From: Candidatus Poribacteria bacterium | GTDB lineage: Bacteria; Poribacteria; WGA-4E; WGA-3G | Assembly (NCBI GenBank): GCA_965205015.1 | Contig: OZ242029.1 | Location: 896,001-960,000, forward strand | Reading direction: 5' to 3' | DNA: 64,000 nt | Shown: in pieces, positions 8,500 to 19,398 of the stretch | How the letters are laid out: each line of letters opens with the position of its first letter | Position numbering within the stretch: the first letter of the stretch is position 1 | Translations under genes and position numbers: made by a program | The notes under the pieces: generated by a model | Databases searched by the model: none | Told to the model about the DNA's origin: nothing | The model's input: the letters and a program-made list of their open reading frames with translations, nothing else

Positions 8500-9852
8500 A
8501 TGCAACCGAATTTCATTATCTTCCTAACCGACGATCAAGGATACGGCGATCTGTCCTGCATGGGTGCCCCTGATTTTAAAACGCCACATCTCGACAGAAT
8601 GGCAGCAGAGGGAGTACGCTTCACAGACTGGTACTCAAATTCACCCGTCTGTTCCCCTTCGCGCGCAGCACTCCTGACAGGACGATACCCGTGTCATGCG
8701 GGGGTCCGTTCTATTTTAGCAGGACATCGCACCGCTACAGGGTTACCGCCTTCCGTGCCTTCACTCGCAACAGCCCTAAAAGAGCGAGGCTATTACACAG
8801 CGATGTCTGGAAAATGGCATCTCGGACTCGCAGAAGGTTCACGTCCGGAGCACCACGGCTTCGACGATTGGTTCGGATTCATGGCAGGGTGCATCGATTT
8901 CTTCTCACATATCTTCTACTGGGGCTTAGGACAGCCCGGCATTGACCAGACACATGATCTCTGGGAAAACGGTGAAGAAATCTATCGCAACGGTGAATAC
9001 TTCACAGAACTCATCACCGAATACGCCATCCGATATATCCGAAAGTCTGTTGAACTCGGCAAACCTTTTTTCCTCTACGTGCCTTACAACGCACCGCATT
9101 ATCCGATGCACGCACCAGAAAAATATGTAGATCGGTTCCCAAATTTGCCTTGGGACAGACAGATTATGGCAGCGATGCTCAGTGCCGTTGACGATAGCGT
9201 CGGCGAAATTTTTGCCGAACTTGAGAGACTCGGACTCGCAGAAAATACCTTCTCCTACTTCCAAAGCGACAACGGTCCCTCGCGTGAAACCCGAAACTGG
9301 TTAGATGGCACACAGGACCCGTATTACGGCGGCACTGCCGGTAAACTGAAAGGACATAAATTTAGCCTCTATGAAGGGGGTATCCGTTCACCCGGAATCA
9401 TGAACTGGCCCCAGCGAATTCCTGCAGGACAGGTCATTAATGAGATCGGCGCAGCAATGGATGTATTTCCGACCTTTCTCGCAGCGGCAGGTGGAGATCC
9501 CTCCGAGTACGAACTCGATGGCCTCGATGTCCTACCTATGGTGACAACCCATGAATCCACGCCACATCGTGAAATTTATTGGGAGATGGGTAAGCAGACC
9601 GCCGTGCGGCGTGGTAATTGGAAATTGGTTCTCAACGGTCAATTGGTAGAAGGCGCACCGCCAGAAGACGATGTACATCTCGCAAACCTTGATACCGACA
9701 TGGGGGAAACGAAAAACCTGAAAGATGAACACCCAGCAGTCACCACTGAATTGACGGAAGCCGCCCAAACATGGCGCGAAGGTATTGAAACGCATTGGGA
9801 GACCGAATGGGTCAATCCGAACGGGACAACCGGTTACGTCAAGGAGCAATAA
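8500..9852 (+). CDS. formylglycine-dependent sulfatase (arylsulfatase-like)
   Basis: [35 protein letters not shown]. Confidence 0.95.
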   Translation: MQPNFIIFLTDDQGYGDLSCMGAPDFKTPHLDRMAAEGVRFTDWYSNSPVCSPSRAALLTGRYPCHAGVRSILAGHRTATGLPPSVPSLATALKERGYYTAMSGKWHLGLAEGSRPEHHGFDDWFGFMAGCIDFFSHIFYWGLGQPGIDQTHDLWENGEEIYRNGEYFTELITEYAIRYIRKSVELGKPFFLYVPYNAPHYPMHAPEKYVDRFPNLPWDRQIMAAMLSAVDDSVGEIFAELERLGLAENTFSYFQSDNGPSRETRNWLDGTQDPYYGGTAGKLKGHKFSLYEGGIRSPGIMNWPQRIPAGQVINEIGAAMDVFPTFLAAAGGDPSEYELDGLDVLPMVTTHESTPHREIYWEMGKQTAVRRGNWKLVLNGQLVEGAPPEDDVHLANLDTDMGETKNLKDEHPAVTTELTEAAQTWREGIETHWETEWVNPNGTTGYVKEQ

Positions 9853-9853
9853 T

Positions 9854-10597
9854 ATGCTAACCGATACCCAAGATGCCTACGGGCACCTGCTTTCAGATTA
9901 TCATAATGGCAGAGAAAATGTCGAAATTGTGGAGAGAGAAGACGGGTTCATTGACGTAAGCCGTTTCGGACCTTTTAACTACTTTGCTGAATATAACGAC
10001 TGGGCTGAACACCAAAGAACGGGAATAGCACACGCCACAGGACGGGTTTTGGATATTGGATGTGGGGTAGGACGACATTCTATCTATCTTCAGGAACAAG
10101 GTCTTGAGGTCTTAGGCACGGATATCTCACCCTTAGCCATCCAGACGTGCCAAAGCCGTGGACTCAAAAATGCCCTCGTCACATCTGTCACACAGTTGAG
10201 TTCCAAAATCGGCATCTTTGACACGATTCTCATGATGGGACACAATTTTGGACTCATGGGAAGTTACAAAAGAGCAAAGTGGCTCTTGAGACGCTTTGCT
10301 GCCATGACAACAGATACCGCGAAAATTATCGCTGAAACAACGGATCCTTATCAAACAGAGGAACCCTGCCACTTAGCCTATCACCAATTCAACCGAGATA
10401 GAGGACGAATGAGCGGCCAGTTAAAATTACGAATTCGTTACCGACAATATACCACGCCGTGGTTTGATTATCTGTTTGTTTCAAAGTCGGAGCTTGAAGA
10501 CCTCCTTGACGGAACAGCGTGGCGGGTTGAACGCTACATTGACGCAGCCAATACACCGACCTATGTCGCAATTTTATCTAAACGTACGTATTCCTGA
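9854..10597 (+). CDS. class I SAM-dependent methyltransferase
   Basis: RVLDIGCGVGRH, GTDISP; ATG 9854 follows the sulfatase stop. Confidence 0.9.
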   Translation: MLTDTQDAYGHLLSDYHNGRENVEIVEREDGFIDVSRFGPFNYFAEYNDWAEHQRTGIAHATGRVLDIGCGVGRHSIYLQEQGLEVLGTDISPLAIQTCQSRGLKNALVTSVTQLSSKIGIFDTILMMGHNFGLMGSYKRAKWLLRRFAAMTTDTAKIIAETTDPYQTEEPCHLAYHQFNRDRGRMSGQLKLRIRYRQYTTPWFDYLFVSKSELEDLLDGTAWRVERYIDAANTPTYVAILSKRTYS

Positions 10598-10725
10598 TTA
10601 TAAGAGTCGCGGTCGGCGCGTCGCTGGTGAGTTGTTTTTGCTTGGGTATTTCCCCAAGAAATCTCACCCATCAAGAACATCCTTGTTAATGAAATTGAAA
10701 GCCTCGCCAAAAGACGAGATATGTC

Positions 10726-11610
10726 ATGATACTTTTTAAATTTGCCTTTATTACGGACACACATCTGTACCTAAATGCGCCAAAGAATTTCGCAAGCGGA
10801 CTCCAGCAACAAAAAAAGAGTCCACAACTTTACGAAAAGTTGGTTGAACAACTGAACGCGTTCGAGCCTGCCTTTGTGATTCATGGTGGGGACATCGTTT
10901 GCGGGGGTCAGAGCTTCGGCATGTCCGCAGAAGAATACGAAGCCACGCTTGATGGCGCGCAACAACTTGGGCACCGCATAAATGCGCCCTGCTATTATAT
11001 CCCCGGCAACCACGATTTGCATCCGGAAACGGGTTCCAAAGACGATTATTTGGCACGCTTCAGCACCAACGGCATGGGATCCCTCAGTTTTGTGCACGAA
11101 AATATCCGATTTATCCTTCTCGATTCGCAGGAGGTCCCTGAAGACCTCACACACGGATATATCAGCACGAACCAACTGGCATGGGCGGAACGCGAATTGA
11201 AAAGGGCGCGGGATTACAATCAAGAGGTTTTCATCTTCTCACATCAACTCCCGTTTCCAAGCGTCGAATTCCAAGGGATTGGTTCAAGAGTTGCTAACTC
11301 CGCAGAGGTGCTTGAAATTACCGCCCCCTTTGAGAGACAAATTTTGGCGTTTTTCTGTGGACATCTGCATCTCAATCGCGTCTTCAGAGAACAAGGCATG
11401 CTGTGTATCGTCTCCTCTGGGATTATCTGTTATCCGATGATGTGGCGACAGGTACTGGTATATCCGGACAGAGTTGACGTGAAGTCCGTGCCGGTCGACG
11501 TACCGGATGTTCTCGCTGAATCAGAGGCAGTCAGCCCAGACAACAACCTGTATCTACTCGGCAGAGATCGGGATCTAAACTTCAGTATTCAACGGGGAGA
11601 TTCCCTTTAG
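10726..11610 (+). CDS. calcineurin-like metallophosphoesterase
   Basis: DTH, GGD, GNHD, SH, GHLH motifs. Confidence 0.9.
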   Translation: MILFKFAFITDTHLYLNAPKNFASGLQQQKKSPQLYEKLVEQLNAFEPAFVIHGGDIVCGGQSFGMSAEEYEATLDGAQQLGHRINAPCYYIPGNHDLHPETGSKDDYLARFSTNGMGSLSFVHENIRFILLDSQEVPEDLTHGYISTNQLAWAERELKRARDYNQEVFIFSHQLPFPSVEFQGIGSRVANSAEVLEITAPFERQILAFFCGHLHLNRVFREQGMLCIVSSGIICYPMMWRQVLVYPDRVDVKSVPVDVPDVLAESEAVSPDNNLYLLGRDRDLNFSIQRGDSL

Positions 11611-11675
11611 AGGGATTGAAAAAACCGTGAATGCCACGTTTCACCTGATACCTCCCGTCAGGACCAAGTTAAAAG

Positions 11676-12650
11676 ATGATTGACGTTCAAAATATTACCA
11701 AAAACTACGGTCCTTTCCAAGCACTCAAGGACATCTCCTTCCAAGTAGACAAGGGGCAAATTGTCGGTTTCCTCGGTCCCAATGGCGCCGGAAAAACAAC
11801 GACAATGCGAATCCTCACCTGTTTTATGCCGGCAAGTAGCGGGCGCGTCACCGTCGCCGGATACGATGTTTTTAAAGAATCGCGAGAGGTTCGGAAACGC
11901 ATCGGTTACCTCCCCGAAAACGTTCCGCTCTATCCGGAAATGACGGTGACGAAGTACTTGACGTACATGGCAAAGATCCGTAGTGTACCGCGTAGCAACA
12001 TTAAAACGCAACTGGATACTGCCATTGAGGCATGCGGTCTCACCGAACGTCGACACCAGATTATCGGGCAACTCTCTCGCGGTTTCCGACAACGCGTCGG
12101 CTTAGCACAAGCCCTTATTCACGAACCTGACGTCTTAATTCTCGATGAACCCACCTCCGGATTAGATCCACGGCAGATCGTCGAAATTCGAGAATTAATC
12201 AAAGCACTCGGCAAGGAACGGACGATTCTGTTCAGCACCCACATCTTACCGGAAGCCAGTCTTACATGCGAACGGTTAATTATCATCAGCCGCGGTAAAA
12301 TTACGGGGGATGTTCTGTTGAAAGAGGGACGCGCTGTCCTCAGACAGAGCGATGAATCCACCAGGAATCCAGAGAATTTGCAAGTTGCCGCCTCCATTCT
12401 CGCGCTTGAGGTAGCAGGCGCATCAGCAGAGGATATATCAACAGCACTCCACGACATACCAAACGTGATTCAAGTCGAACAGATGGAGAGCGATACGGAT
12501 GACCCATCGACGTTCCACCTTTACTATACACTGGCGACTGACATCCGTTCAGAAGTGGCAGCAACCATCGTCAAACGCGGGTGGCACCTGCTTGAAATGC
12601 ACACGACTGAAATGTCACTTGAGGAACTGTTCCTGTCCCTGACGGTATAG
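11676..12650 (+). CDS. ABC-2 type transporter ATP-binding protein (GldA-like)
   Basis: GPNGAGKTT, LSRGFRQR, LILDEPT, STH. Confidence 0.93.
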   Translation: MIDVQNITKNYGPFQALKDISFQVDKGQIVGFLGPNGAGKTTTMRILTCFMPASSGRVTVAGYDVFKESREVRKRIGYLPENVPLYPEMTVTKYLTYMAKIRSVPRSNIKTQLDTAIEACGLTERRHQIIGQLSRGFRQRVGLAQALIHEPDVLILDEPTSGLDPRQIVEIRELIKALGKERTILFSTHILPEASLTCERLIIISRGKITGDVLLKEGRAVLRQSDESTRNPENLQVAASILALEVAGASAEDISTALHDIPNVIQVEQMESDTDDPSTFHLYYTLATDIRSEVAATIVKRGWHLLEMHTTEMSLEELFLSLTV

Positions 12651-12703
12651 CGCCTGCTATCTGCTACGACACCGGTTCATTGCGTCCATTGGAAACGTCA
12701 ATC

Positions 12704-13975
12704 ATGCGTCTAACAACCCTCTGGATTATATGCAACGTCGCTCTATTTCTCTTTGGGTGCGGTGAGGAAGGCATTGAGGAGATACAACCCGAATCTGAGC
12801 CGGAACACCTCACAGAGACGCTCAATCTCTTCACTGAGAGCGAATGGGCAGTGATTGAAAGTTTATCCCCGCTACCTGACAAACCCCCACCAAGTCCCAC
12901 AAACCGCGTCGCTGACAATCCAGATGCGGCGCAGTTAGGTCAGATGTTTTTCTTTGATGCTCGATTTTCAAAGGAAGGCACGATCGCCTGTGCAACATGT
13001 CATTCACCCTTCCACGGCTTCACCGATGTTGAAGCCACTTCATTGGGCAACAGACGCGGCACAAGAAATTCACCAACGCTACTCAACGCTGCTTATAACA
13101 AATGGCAATTTTGGGACGGACGCGCCGAGACGCTCTGGGCACAAGCACTCTTCGCACTTGAAGGTGAGGAAGAACAAGCAGGCACACGACTTCAGTACGC
13201 GCACCTCATCAAACAACATTATGAAGCAGAATATGAATCCGTTTTCGGCGCACTTCCTGAACTTGAAGATGCCACACGTTTCCCACCTAATGGTAAACCC
13301 GGCAATGTAGCATTCGATAACATGTCCGAAGTGGATCAGATCGCCGTGAATACCGTTTTCGCAAACATTGGTAAGGCAATTGAAGCCTACGAACGCCTTT
13401 TGATTACTCCGAACGCACCGTTTGATCGGTACGTGGCAGGCGACGAAGAGGCAATTACACTCGAAGCGAAACGCGGCTTAAAGATATTCATCGGAAAAGG
13501 CGTTTGTGTCCTCTGCCACGGCACCCCACATTTCAGAGATGACGATTTTCATAATCTTGGGATACCACAAGGACCCTTGCCGGAAGATACCGGACGTTTC
13601 CAAGGAATCGCGAAACTCTTAGCCGATCCGTTTAACAGTGCAGGCATTTATAGCGATTCAAGGGTGGATGCTGCAAACACGCTGAATCTCCTGGAGCCAA
13701 GACTGGAACACCAAGGTGAATTCAAAACGCCAACCCTCCGGAATGTTGCCCTCACGCCACCCTACTTCCACACTGGCGAATTTCCAACACTCGCCTCTGT
13801 CATTGAATTCAACGACGCAGGTGGCACCACAAACGAATTTGCAGGTAGGCGCGCAGCCCCAGTGGAACCCCTTCATCTCAGCGAACAGGAAAAAAGAGAC
13901 CTTGTCGAGTTTTTAGAGACATTGACAGGGGAACCGCCACCCGCCCATCTGCTCATAAAACCTAAACTCCCTTAG
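12704..13975 (+). CDS. di-heme cytochrome c peroxidase/MauG family lipoprotein
   Basis: Lipobox LFGC; CATCH and CVLCH; QFWDGR; FKTPTLRNVALTPPYFH. Confidence 0.9.
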   Translation: MRLTTLWIICNVALFLFGCGEEGIEEIQPESEPEHLTETLNLFTESEWAVIESLSPLPDKPPPSPTNRVADNPDAAQLGQMFFFDARFSKEGTIACATCHSPFHGFTDVEATSLGNRRGTRNSPTLLNAAYNKWQFWDGRAETLWAQALFALEGEEEQAGTRLQYAHLIKQHYEAEYESVFGALPELEDATRFPPNGKPGNVAFDNMSEVDQIAVNTVFANIGKAIEAYERLLITPNAPFDRYVAGDEEAITLEAKRGLKIFIGKGVCVLCHGTPHFRDDDFHNLGIPQGPLPEDTGRFQGIAKLLADPFNSAGIYSDSRVDAANTLNLLEPRLEHQGEFKTPTLRNVALTPPYFHTGEFPTLASVIEFNDAGGTTNEFAGRRAAPVEPLHLSEQEKRDLVEFLETLTGEPPPAHLLIKPKLP

Positions 13976-14730
13976 TTATTTTCCACATCAAGCGGGAGTT
14001 TCAACTGCTCGCGTACGGCTCGCCGGACCTCATCACAGATACGCATGGCGTGTGCCGTTTCGTCCGCGGTCGCGAATTTCCCGGGGTAACGGGGATCCAC
14101 CGCATGTTCCGACAGCTTTGAAAAATCTTCCCGCCACACATCCCAAGCAGGGAGAACCGGGACAATCAGATTCAATAACTCCTGTAAATCGTGTGTCCTC
14201 GGAAACGGAATATTCACCTCTTGAAGCCACGCCTTTAGATACTTTTCAACGCACTGCTGAGTAAGAAAGCAGATAACATCGTTTACTGGATTCTGCCCGT
14301 GCTGATTTTGCTGCGCCACAGTATAATCGCCTTCCGCTTTCTGTACCCATTCCTCTGTCAATGGATTTATCACGTGTTTTTCCTTCTTTACGGGTTTCAA
14401 GAAAAAATTGGGAGTTTCATAAAGCACCTCGCCTTTTTCAGTGATCTCTCGGAGAAACCAGTCGTTATACGCAAGGCGATATGCGAGGTCTTCAGGCGAA
14501 TGCACAAGCACGTGCAGGTGGAAAGGACGCGCGAGACGCTCCCGAATTTCTATCTCCTGTCGCCGTGTTTCCGATTTCGCTATCGGCATCACCACCAACA
14601 GATCAACATCCGATCTCTCCGTGGGCGTGCCGTAGACATAAGAGCCGAACAGCATCACTTGTAACGGCGCGAATTCACGCACGATGTCATCACAGATCGC
14701 TTGAATGTCTTCCCGAGTAACCATGTTCAT
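13972..14730 (-). CDS. fused minimal nucleotidyltransferase (MNT)-HEPN toxin-antitoxin protein
   Basis: FGSYVYG...SDVDLLVV then WVQKAEGDY...QQCVEKYLKA...RTHDL...RYP. Confidence 0.88.
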   Translation of the reverse strand: MNMVTREDIQAICDDIVREFAPLQVMLFGSYVYGTPTERSDVDLLVVMPIAKSETRRQEIEIRERLARPFHLHVLVHSPEDLAYRLAYNDWFLREITEKGEVLYETPNFFLKPVKKEKHVINPLTEEWVQKAEGDYTVAQQNQHGQNPVNDVICFLTQQCVEKYLKAWLQEVNIPFPRTHDLQELLNLIVPVLPAWDVWREDFSKLSEHAVDPRYPGKFATADETAHAMRICDEVRRAVREQLKLPLDVENN

Positions 14731-14872
14731 GCCCTCTTCCGTTTCAGCAGGTCTATCACAGCGTCAACCCTATCAACAGAAACACCCACAAAGTGGAAAA
14801 TGTATACAACGCATTATGCCACATCTCCGTCGTAGACGCAAGAAAAATCTCATCTAAATTTTCAAAAAACAC

Positions 14873-14901
14873 TTGATTTCTAAATGCATTCATCGTATAA
14901 T
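14873..14901 (+). promoter_or_regulatory. sigma70 promoter
   Basis: TTGATT-17 bp-TATAAT. Confidence 0.6.
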
Positions 14902-14956
14902 CTATGCTACGAAATCATTTGAACAGAGAGGCATAATCACCGAAAAAAGAACAATT

Positions 14957-15886
14957 ATGAAACTCGTTACCTTTCAAACCAAATCGACGAATACCCCACC
15001 AAAACTCGGCGCGTGGATTGACGGTGATCAGATCATTGACCTCACCGCAGTTGTCCCAGATATGTGCCAATTCTTTGAACAGAATTGCATCGCTGACGCT
15101 CACGGGTACATCGAACGCGCAGACGTGTCCGATGTTGTTTTCCCTGTTGCTGATGTACAGCTGCTCGCGCCGTTTCCGCGTCCTGCAAGCCTGCGGGATT
15201 TCGGCGTATTCAAAACCCACATGGACGCTGCAGCACGGATCACCGGCAAAGAGATCTCACCTGAATGGTTCAAATTGCCTAATTACTACCGCGGCAGCAC
15301 GAGTCCAGCCTCCATTGCTGGACACAAAACCGTTGTTACCTGGCCCAACTACACCGAAAAACTCGATTTTGAACTCGAATGGGGCGTCTATATCGGTAAA
15401 ACTGGGAAAAACATCTCCGTAGCAGAAGCCTCCGAGTACATCGCCGGCTACACGATTTACAATGACATCAGCGCTCGGGATATTCAATTCCGACACATGA
15501 CCATGGCACTCGGGCCCGCGAAAGGGAAAGACTTTGACAATAGCAACATTATGGGACCCTGTCTCGTTACACCCGATGAAATCGGCGATCCGTACAACCT
15601 CCGAATGATCGCCAGAGTCAACGACGAAGTCTGGGCAGACGGCAATACCTCGGATATGTATTACTCGTTTGAAGAAATGATTTCGTTCGTTTCACAATCA
15701 GAAACGCTCTATCCCGGTGAATTTTTAGGCTCCGGCACCGTCGGAAAAGGGTGCGGATGGGAACTCGACCGCTGGATTCAACCGGGGGATGTCATTGAAC
15801 TGGAGGTTGAAAATATCGGCGCGCTCAGAAACCAAATCGGGGAACCAGAAGTGAACCCCGCCGAATGGACGGAAAAAGGGCTATAA
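14957..15886 (+). CDS. fumarylacetoacetate hydrolase family protein
   Basis: DFELE, YNDISARD, KGKDF, GPCLVT, GSGT. Confidence 0.92.
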   Translation: MKLVTFQTKSTNTPPKLGAWIDGDQIIDLTAVVPDMCQFFEQNCIADAHGYIERADVSDVVFPVADVQLLAPFPRPASLRDFGVFKTHMDAAARITGKEISPEWFKLPNYYRGSTSPASIAGHKTVVTWPNYTEKLDFELEWGVYIGKTGKNISVAEASEYIAGYTIYNDISARDIQFRHMTMALGPAKGKDFDNSNIMGPCLVTPDEIGDPYNLRMIARVNDEVWADGNTSDMYYSFEEMISFVSQSETLYPGEFLGSGTVGKGCGWELDRWIQPGDVIELEVENIGALRNQIGEPEVNPAEWTEKGL

Positions 15887-15889
15887 AAA

Positions 15890-16639
15890 ATGCGACTCAA
15901 AGACAAGGTATCCATCGTTACAGGGGCCGCATCCGGCATCGGAAAAGCCACAGCGATCCTGTTCGCCGAACACGGGGCAAAGATAGTCATCGCTGACATT
16001 GATGAAGACCGTGCAAACCAAACTGTTGCCACTATCCGAGAGGCAGGCAACGAAGCCATCTATGTCCAAACCGATGTGACAATTTCAGATAACACCGAAC
16101 GGATGGTACAGGAGACCCTGAACACCTACGGAAAACTTGATATCTTGCTCAGCAGTGCTGGAATCGCAATGCGACTCCCCGTTGGCGATCTGCCCGAAGA
16201 AGACTGGCACCGTTGTTTAGATGTGAATCTCACCGGGGTCTATCTCTCTGCCAAAGCAGCGATCCCCGCAATGCTGAAAAATGGTGGGGGTTCCATCATC
16301 AACCTGTCCTCTATCTACGGACTGGTCGGCGCGGACGTTCGGGCAGCGTACGTCGCTTCCAAAGGTGGTGTGACGAACCTCACCCGCGGGATGGCACTCG
16401 ACTACGCTGAGGACAACATTCGGGTCAACTGCATCTGTCCCGGCTTCGTTGAAACGCCGTTAGTCGCGGGTGTCATCAAGACGCCAAAGGAATACAAGAC
16501 GCTTGCGGACAAGCACCCGATGCGTCGGCTCGCGCAGCCCGAAGAGATCGCCTACGGTGCACTCTACCTCGCCTCCGATGAGTCTGCCTTCGTTACAGGC
16601 ATCGCTTTACCGATTGATGGTGGCTATACTGCCGCATAA
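15890..16639 (+). CDS. short-chain dehydrogenase/reductase
   Basis: TGAASGIG, YVASK, IRVNCICPG. Confidence 0.95.
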   Translation: MRLKDKVSIVTGAASGIGKATAILFAEHGAKIVIADIDEDRANQTVATIREAGNEAIYVQTDVTISDNTERMVQETLNTYGKLDILLSSAGIAMRLPVGDLPEEDWHRCLDVNLTGVYLSAKAAIPAMLKNGGGSIINLSSIYGLVGADVRAAYVASKGGVTNLTRGMALDYAEDNIRVNCICPGFVETPLVAGVIKTPKEYKTLADKHPMRRLAQPEEIAYGALYLASDESAFVTGIALPIDGGYTAA

Positions 16640-16641
16640 AA

Positions 16642-19398
16642 ATGCGAAAAATTTTCTTCTCTGTCTTCCTCATTTTGCTCATAAACAGTGCGTATCTGTT
16701 CAGCTTCGGCGAACCGACGCTCTTTTACATCTCCAACGTCCTGTTCCACGTTGGGCTCGGTGTTGTTCTCATAATCCCATTCAGTATCTATGTCTATCGA
16801 CATTTAGGGCGTAGCTTGCAAGCCCATATTCAGCAGAAGCGCATCCCGATACTCGGACAAGCAGGGAGTATCGGAATAGCAGTTGGTATCATCAGTGGGG
16901 GTTATCTGATGGTGGTCGGAGCGACGACTCCCTATCGGTGGCTACTCATCACGCACATCGTCAGTGTAAGCGTAGGGAGTATTCTTCTTTGTGTTCACCT
17001 CTTAAGAGACAAAGAATTCCTCACACCACTGTTCAAAAAAATTAGCATCGGCGTGCTGACGGTTGTCGTCCTTTTCCCGATAGGCGCGAAACTCACACAA
17101 CACTACTTGCCGAATGAAACGTATCTCGTCGAGAACCCCGCGCTCCCCCCCACGAGCATGTACGAAGAGGGCGGTGGTACAACCGGGCACTTCTTTCCCG
17201 CATCCGTCGAAACAGAGACCGGCGCGCTGATCCCAACCGATTTCTTCCTTACATCGGAGACCTGCGCCACCAAGGGATGCCACCCAGATATCTATCAGCA
17301 ATGGAACGAATCCGCCCATCATTTCTCCTCTTTCAATAACCAGTGGTATCGCAAATCCATTATCTATATGCAGGAGGTCAACGGCATTCAACCCTCCAAA
17401 TGGTGCGGCGGATGCCACGACCCCGCAATCCTACTCAACGGGGTGATGGACAGACCGATTCGTGAAAACCTTCATACACCCGCCGCGCAAGCAGGACTCG
17501 CATGTACGGCGTGCCACTCCATCGAAAAAGTCAAAGATACGATGGGCAACAGTGGGTATGTGATTAAATACCCACCACTTCACGACATTGCTGCCAGCGA
17601 GAATTCGGTTATCCGCAATTTGCACAACTACCTTATTCGGCTGGATCCGGAGCCTCACAAAAAAAGTTTCCTCAAACCGTTCCACCGTGAAAACACCGCC
17701 GAATTCTGTTCAACCTGTCATAAAGTGCATCTCGACGAACCCGTCAACAATTTTCGATGGCTACGCGGTTTTAACGACTACGATCAGTGGCAGAAAAGCG
17801 GGGTCTCACATCAAGGCGCGCTGTCCTTCTACTACCCCGAAACGGCGAAGAAGTGTGTCGATTGTCACATGCCACTCGTTGACTCCACAGACGCTGGGAA
17901 TATCAACGGCAAGGTCCACAACCACCGATTCCCCGCCGCGAACACCGCACTGCCCTTTGTGAATCAGCATCCAGAACAACTCAAAATCGTAACAGATTTT
18001 TTGCAGGATGACGTGGTAACCCTCGATCTATTCGCAGACGGGGTACCGATCCCACGTGACGGTACCGAAGTCCCACGAGGCGAAAACACACGGGTTGATG
18101 TCGTCGTTCGCACACGGGGGGTCGGTCACCGTTTTCCCGCTGGCACGATTGACGCATTTGACATCTGGTTGGAGGTGAAAGCCACCGATGAAAACGGCAA
18201 AATCGTCTTCTGGAACGGCAGAATCGCCGCACCCGATGGAAATGGACCTGTCGATCCAAGCGCCCACTTTTACCGCGCCTATATGTTGGATGCCCACGGA
18301 AACCTGATTAATAAACGAAACGCTTGGGCAGCCCGAACGATTCTCTATTCAAACACGATCCCACCGGGTGCCGCCGATACTGCACGCTACCGACTCGAAA
18401 TCCCCGCCGATTGCGGAAATCTTCTCACAGTGGAGGCGAAACTCAATTACCGTAAATTCAATTGGTGGCATACACAGTGGGCTTACGCCGGTGTACGCGA
18501 CCCGGAAGACACGGATTTTCAGATAGATAAAGGCTACGATGACGGCAAGTGGGTCTGGACTGGCGACACCTCGGACGTCGCAGGAAAAATTAAGGCGATC
18601 CCAAACCTACCCACTGTCGTAATGGCATCCACCAAAGCAACCTTAAAAGTAGCAGGCACAGTCCCTGTGCCGTCAGCCGAAGTAGGCGAAACACCCTCTG
18701 CGTCGTTACAAAAAGCAGGAGATGTAGTCTCTATGTCCTCCCAACCTCAAAATGCTCGCGAACGGTGGAACGACTACGGCATCGGGCTACTCCTACAAGG
18801 CGATCTGAAAGCCGCAGAGACTGCGTTCTTAAAGGTAACCGAGATAGAGCCAACATACCTCGATGGATGGGTAAACGTGGCAAGAGTCAGAATCCAAGAG
18901 GGAGACATGCAAGGCGCAGAAGCGATGCTTGAAAAGGCATTTGAAATCCAGAAGACCTTGCCCCCTGAAAACCCACATCGCGCGAAGGTCCACTACTTTT
19001 ACGCCCTCATTCAGGAGACGTATGGCAATTACGACACAGCGATTGAGCATCTCCAGCGCGCCGTTTCGCAATTCCCGCGTGATACCCGGGTCCGAAATAA
19101 ACTCGGACGCATGCACTTCCTAAAACGCAACTACGAAACCGCTCTATCTGAATTCCAAAAGACGCTCACCGTCGACCCAGAAGACCTGGATGCACATTAC
19201 AACATGATGCGGTGTTACCGTGCCCTCAAGAACCCCTCGCTCGCCGCCAAATCGCAAAAACTCTACCTACGTTTCAAAGCAGACGAATCCGTTGACGCAA
19301 TCACCGGTATCCCTCGCCGCGCAGATCCCGATGTCAACCGTGAACGCCAACGGATCCACGAACACACCAACAGTTATGAACCCCTACCCAACCCCTGA
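16642..19398 (+). CDS. membrane-anchored multiheme cytochrome c with C-terminal TPR repeats
   Basis: N-terminal TM helices; CGGCH, CTACH, CSTCH, CVDCH plus CATKGCH; TPR repeats in the last ~200 aa. Confidence 0.85.
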   Translation: MRKIFFSVFLILLINSAYLFSFGEPTLFYISNVLFHVGLGVVLIIPFSIYVYRHLGRSLQAHIQQKRIPILGQAGSIGIAVGIISGGYLMVVGATTPYRWLLITHIVSVSVGSILLCVHLLRDKEFLTPLFKKISIGVLTVVVLFPIGAKLTQHYLPNETYLVENPALPPTSMYEEGGGTTGHFFPASVETETGALIPTDFFLTSETCATKGCHPDIYQQWNESAHHFSSFNNQWYRKSIIYMQEVNGIQPSKWCGGCHDPAILLNGVMDRPIRENLHTPAAQAGLACTACHSIEKVKDTMGNSGYVIKYPPLHDIAASENSVIRNLHNYLIRLDPEPHKKSFLKPFHRENTAEFCSTCHKVHLDEPVNNFRWLRGFNDYDQWQKSGVSHQGALSFYYPETAKKCVDCHMPLVDSTDAGNINGKVHNHRFPAANTALPFVNQHPEQLKIVTDFLQDDVVTLDLFADGVPIPRDGTEVPRGENTRVDVVVRTRGVGHRFPAGTIDAFDIWLEVKATDENGKIVFWNGRIAAPDGNGPVDPSAHFYRAYMLDAHGNLINKRNAWAARTILYSNTIPPGAADTARYRLEIPADCGNLLTVEAKLNYRKFNWWHTQWAYAGVRDPEDTDFQIDKGYDDGKWVWTGDTSDVAGKIKAIPNLPTVVMASTKATLKVAGTVPVPSAEVGETPSASLQKAGDVVSMSSQPQNARERWNDYGIGLLLQGDLKAAETAFLKVTEIEPTYLDGWVNVARVRIQEGDMQGAEAMLEKAFEIQKTLPPENPHRAKVHYFYALIQETYGNYDTAIEHLQRAVSQFPRDTRVRNKLGRMHFLKRNYETALSEFQKTLTVDPEDLDAHYNMMRCYRALKNPSLAAKSQKLYLRFKADESVDAITGIPRRADPDVNRERQRIHEHTNSYEPLPNP

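Noticed and set aside
11676-12650. Orphan ABC components (also 23693 and 50743) as one novel transporter
   Set aside because: They belong to different ABC classes and lie far apart; their partners are probably elsewhere in the genome.
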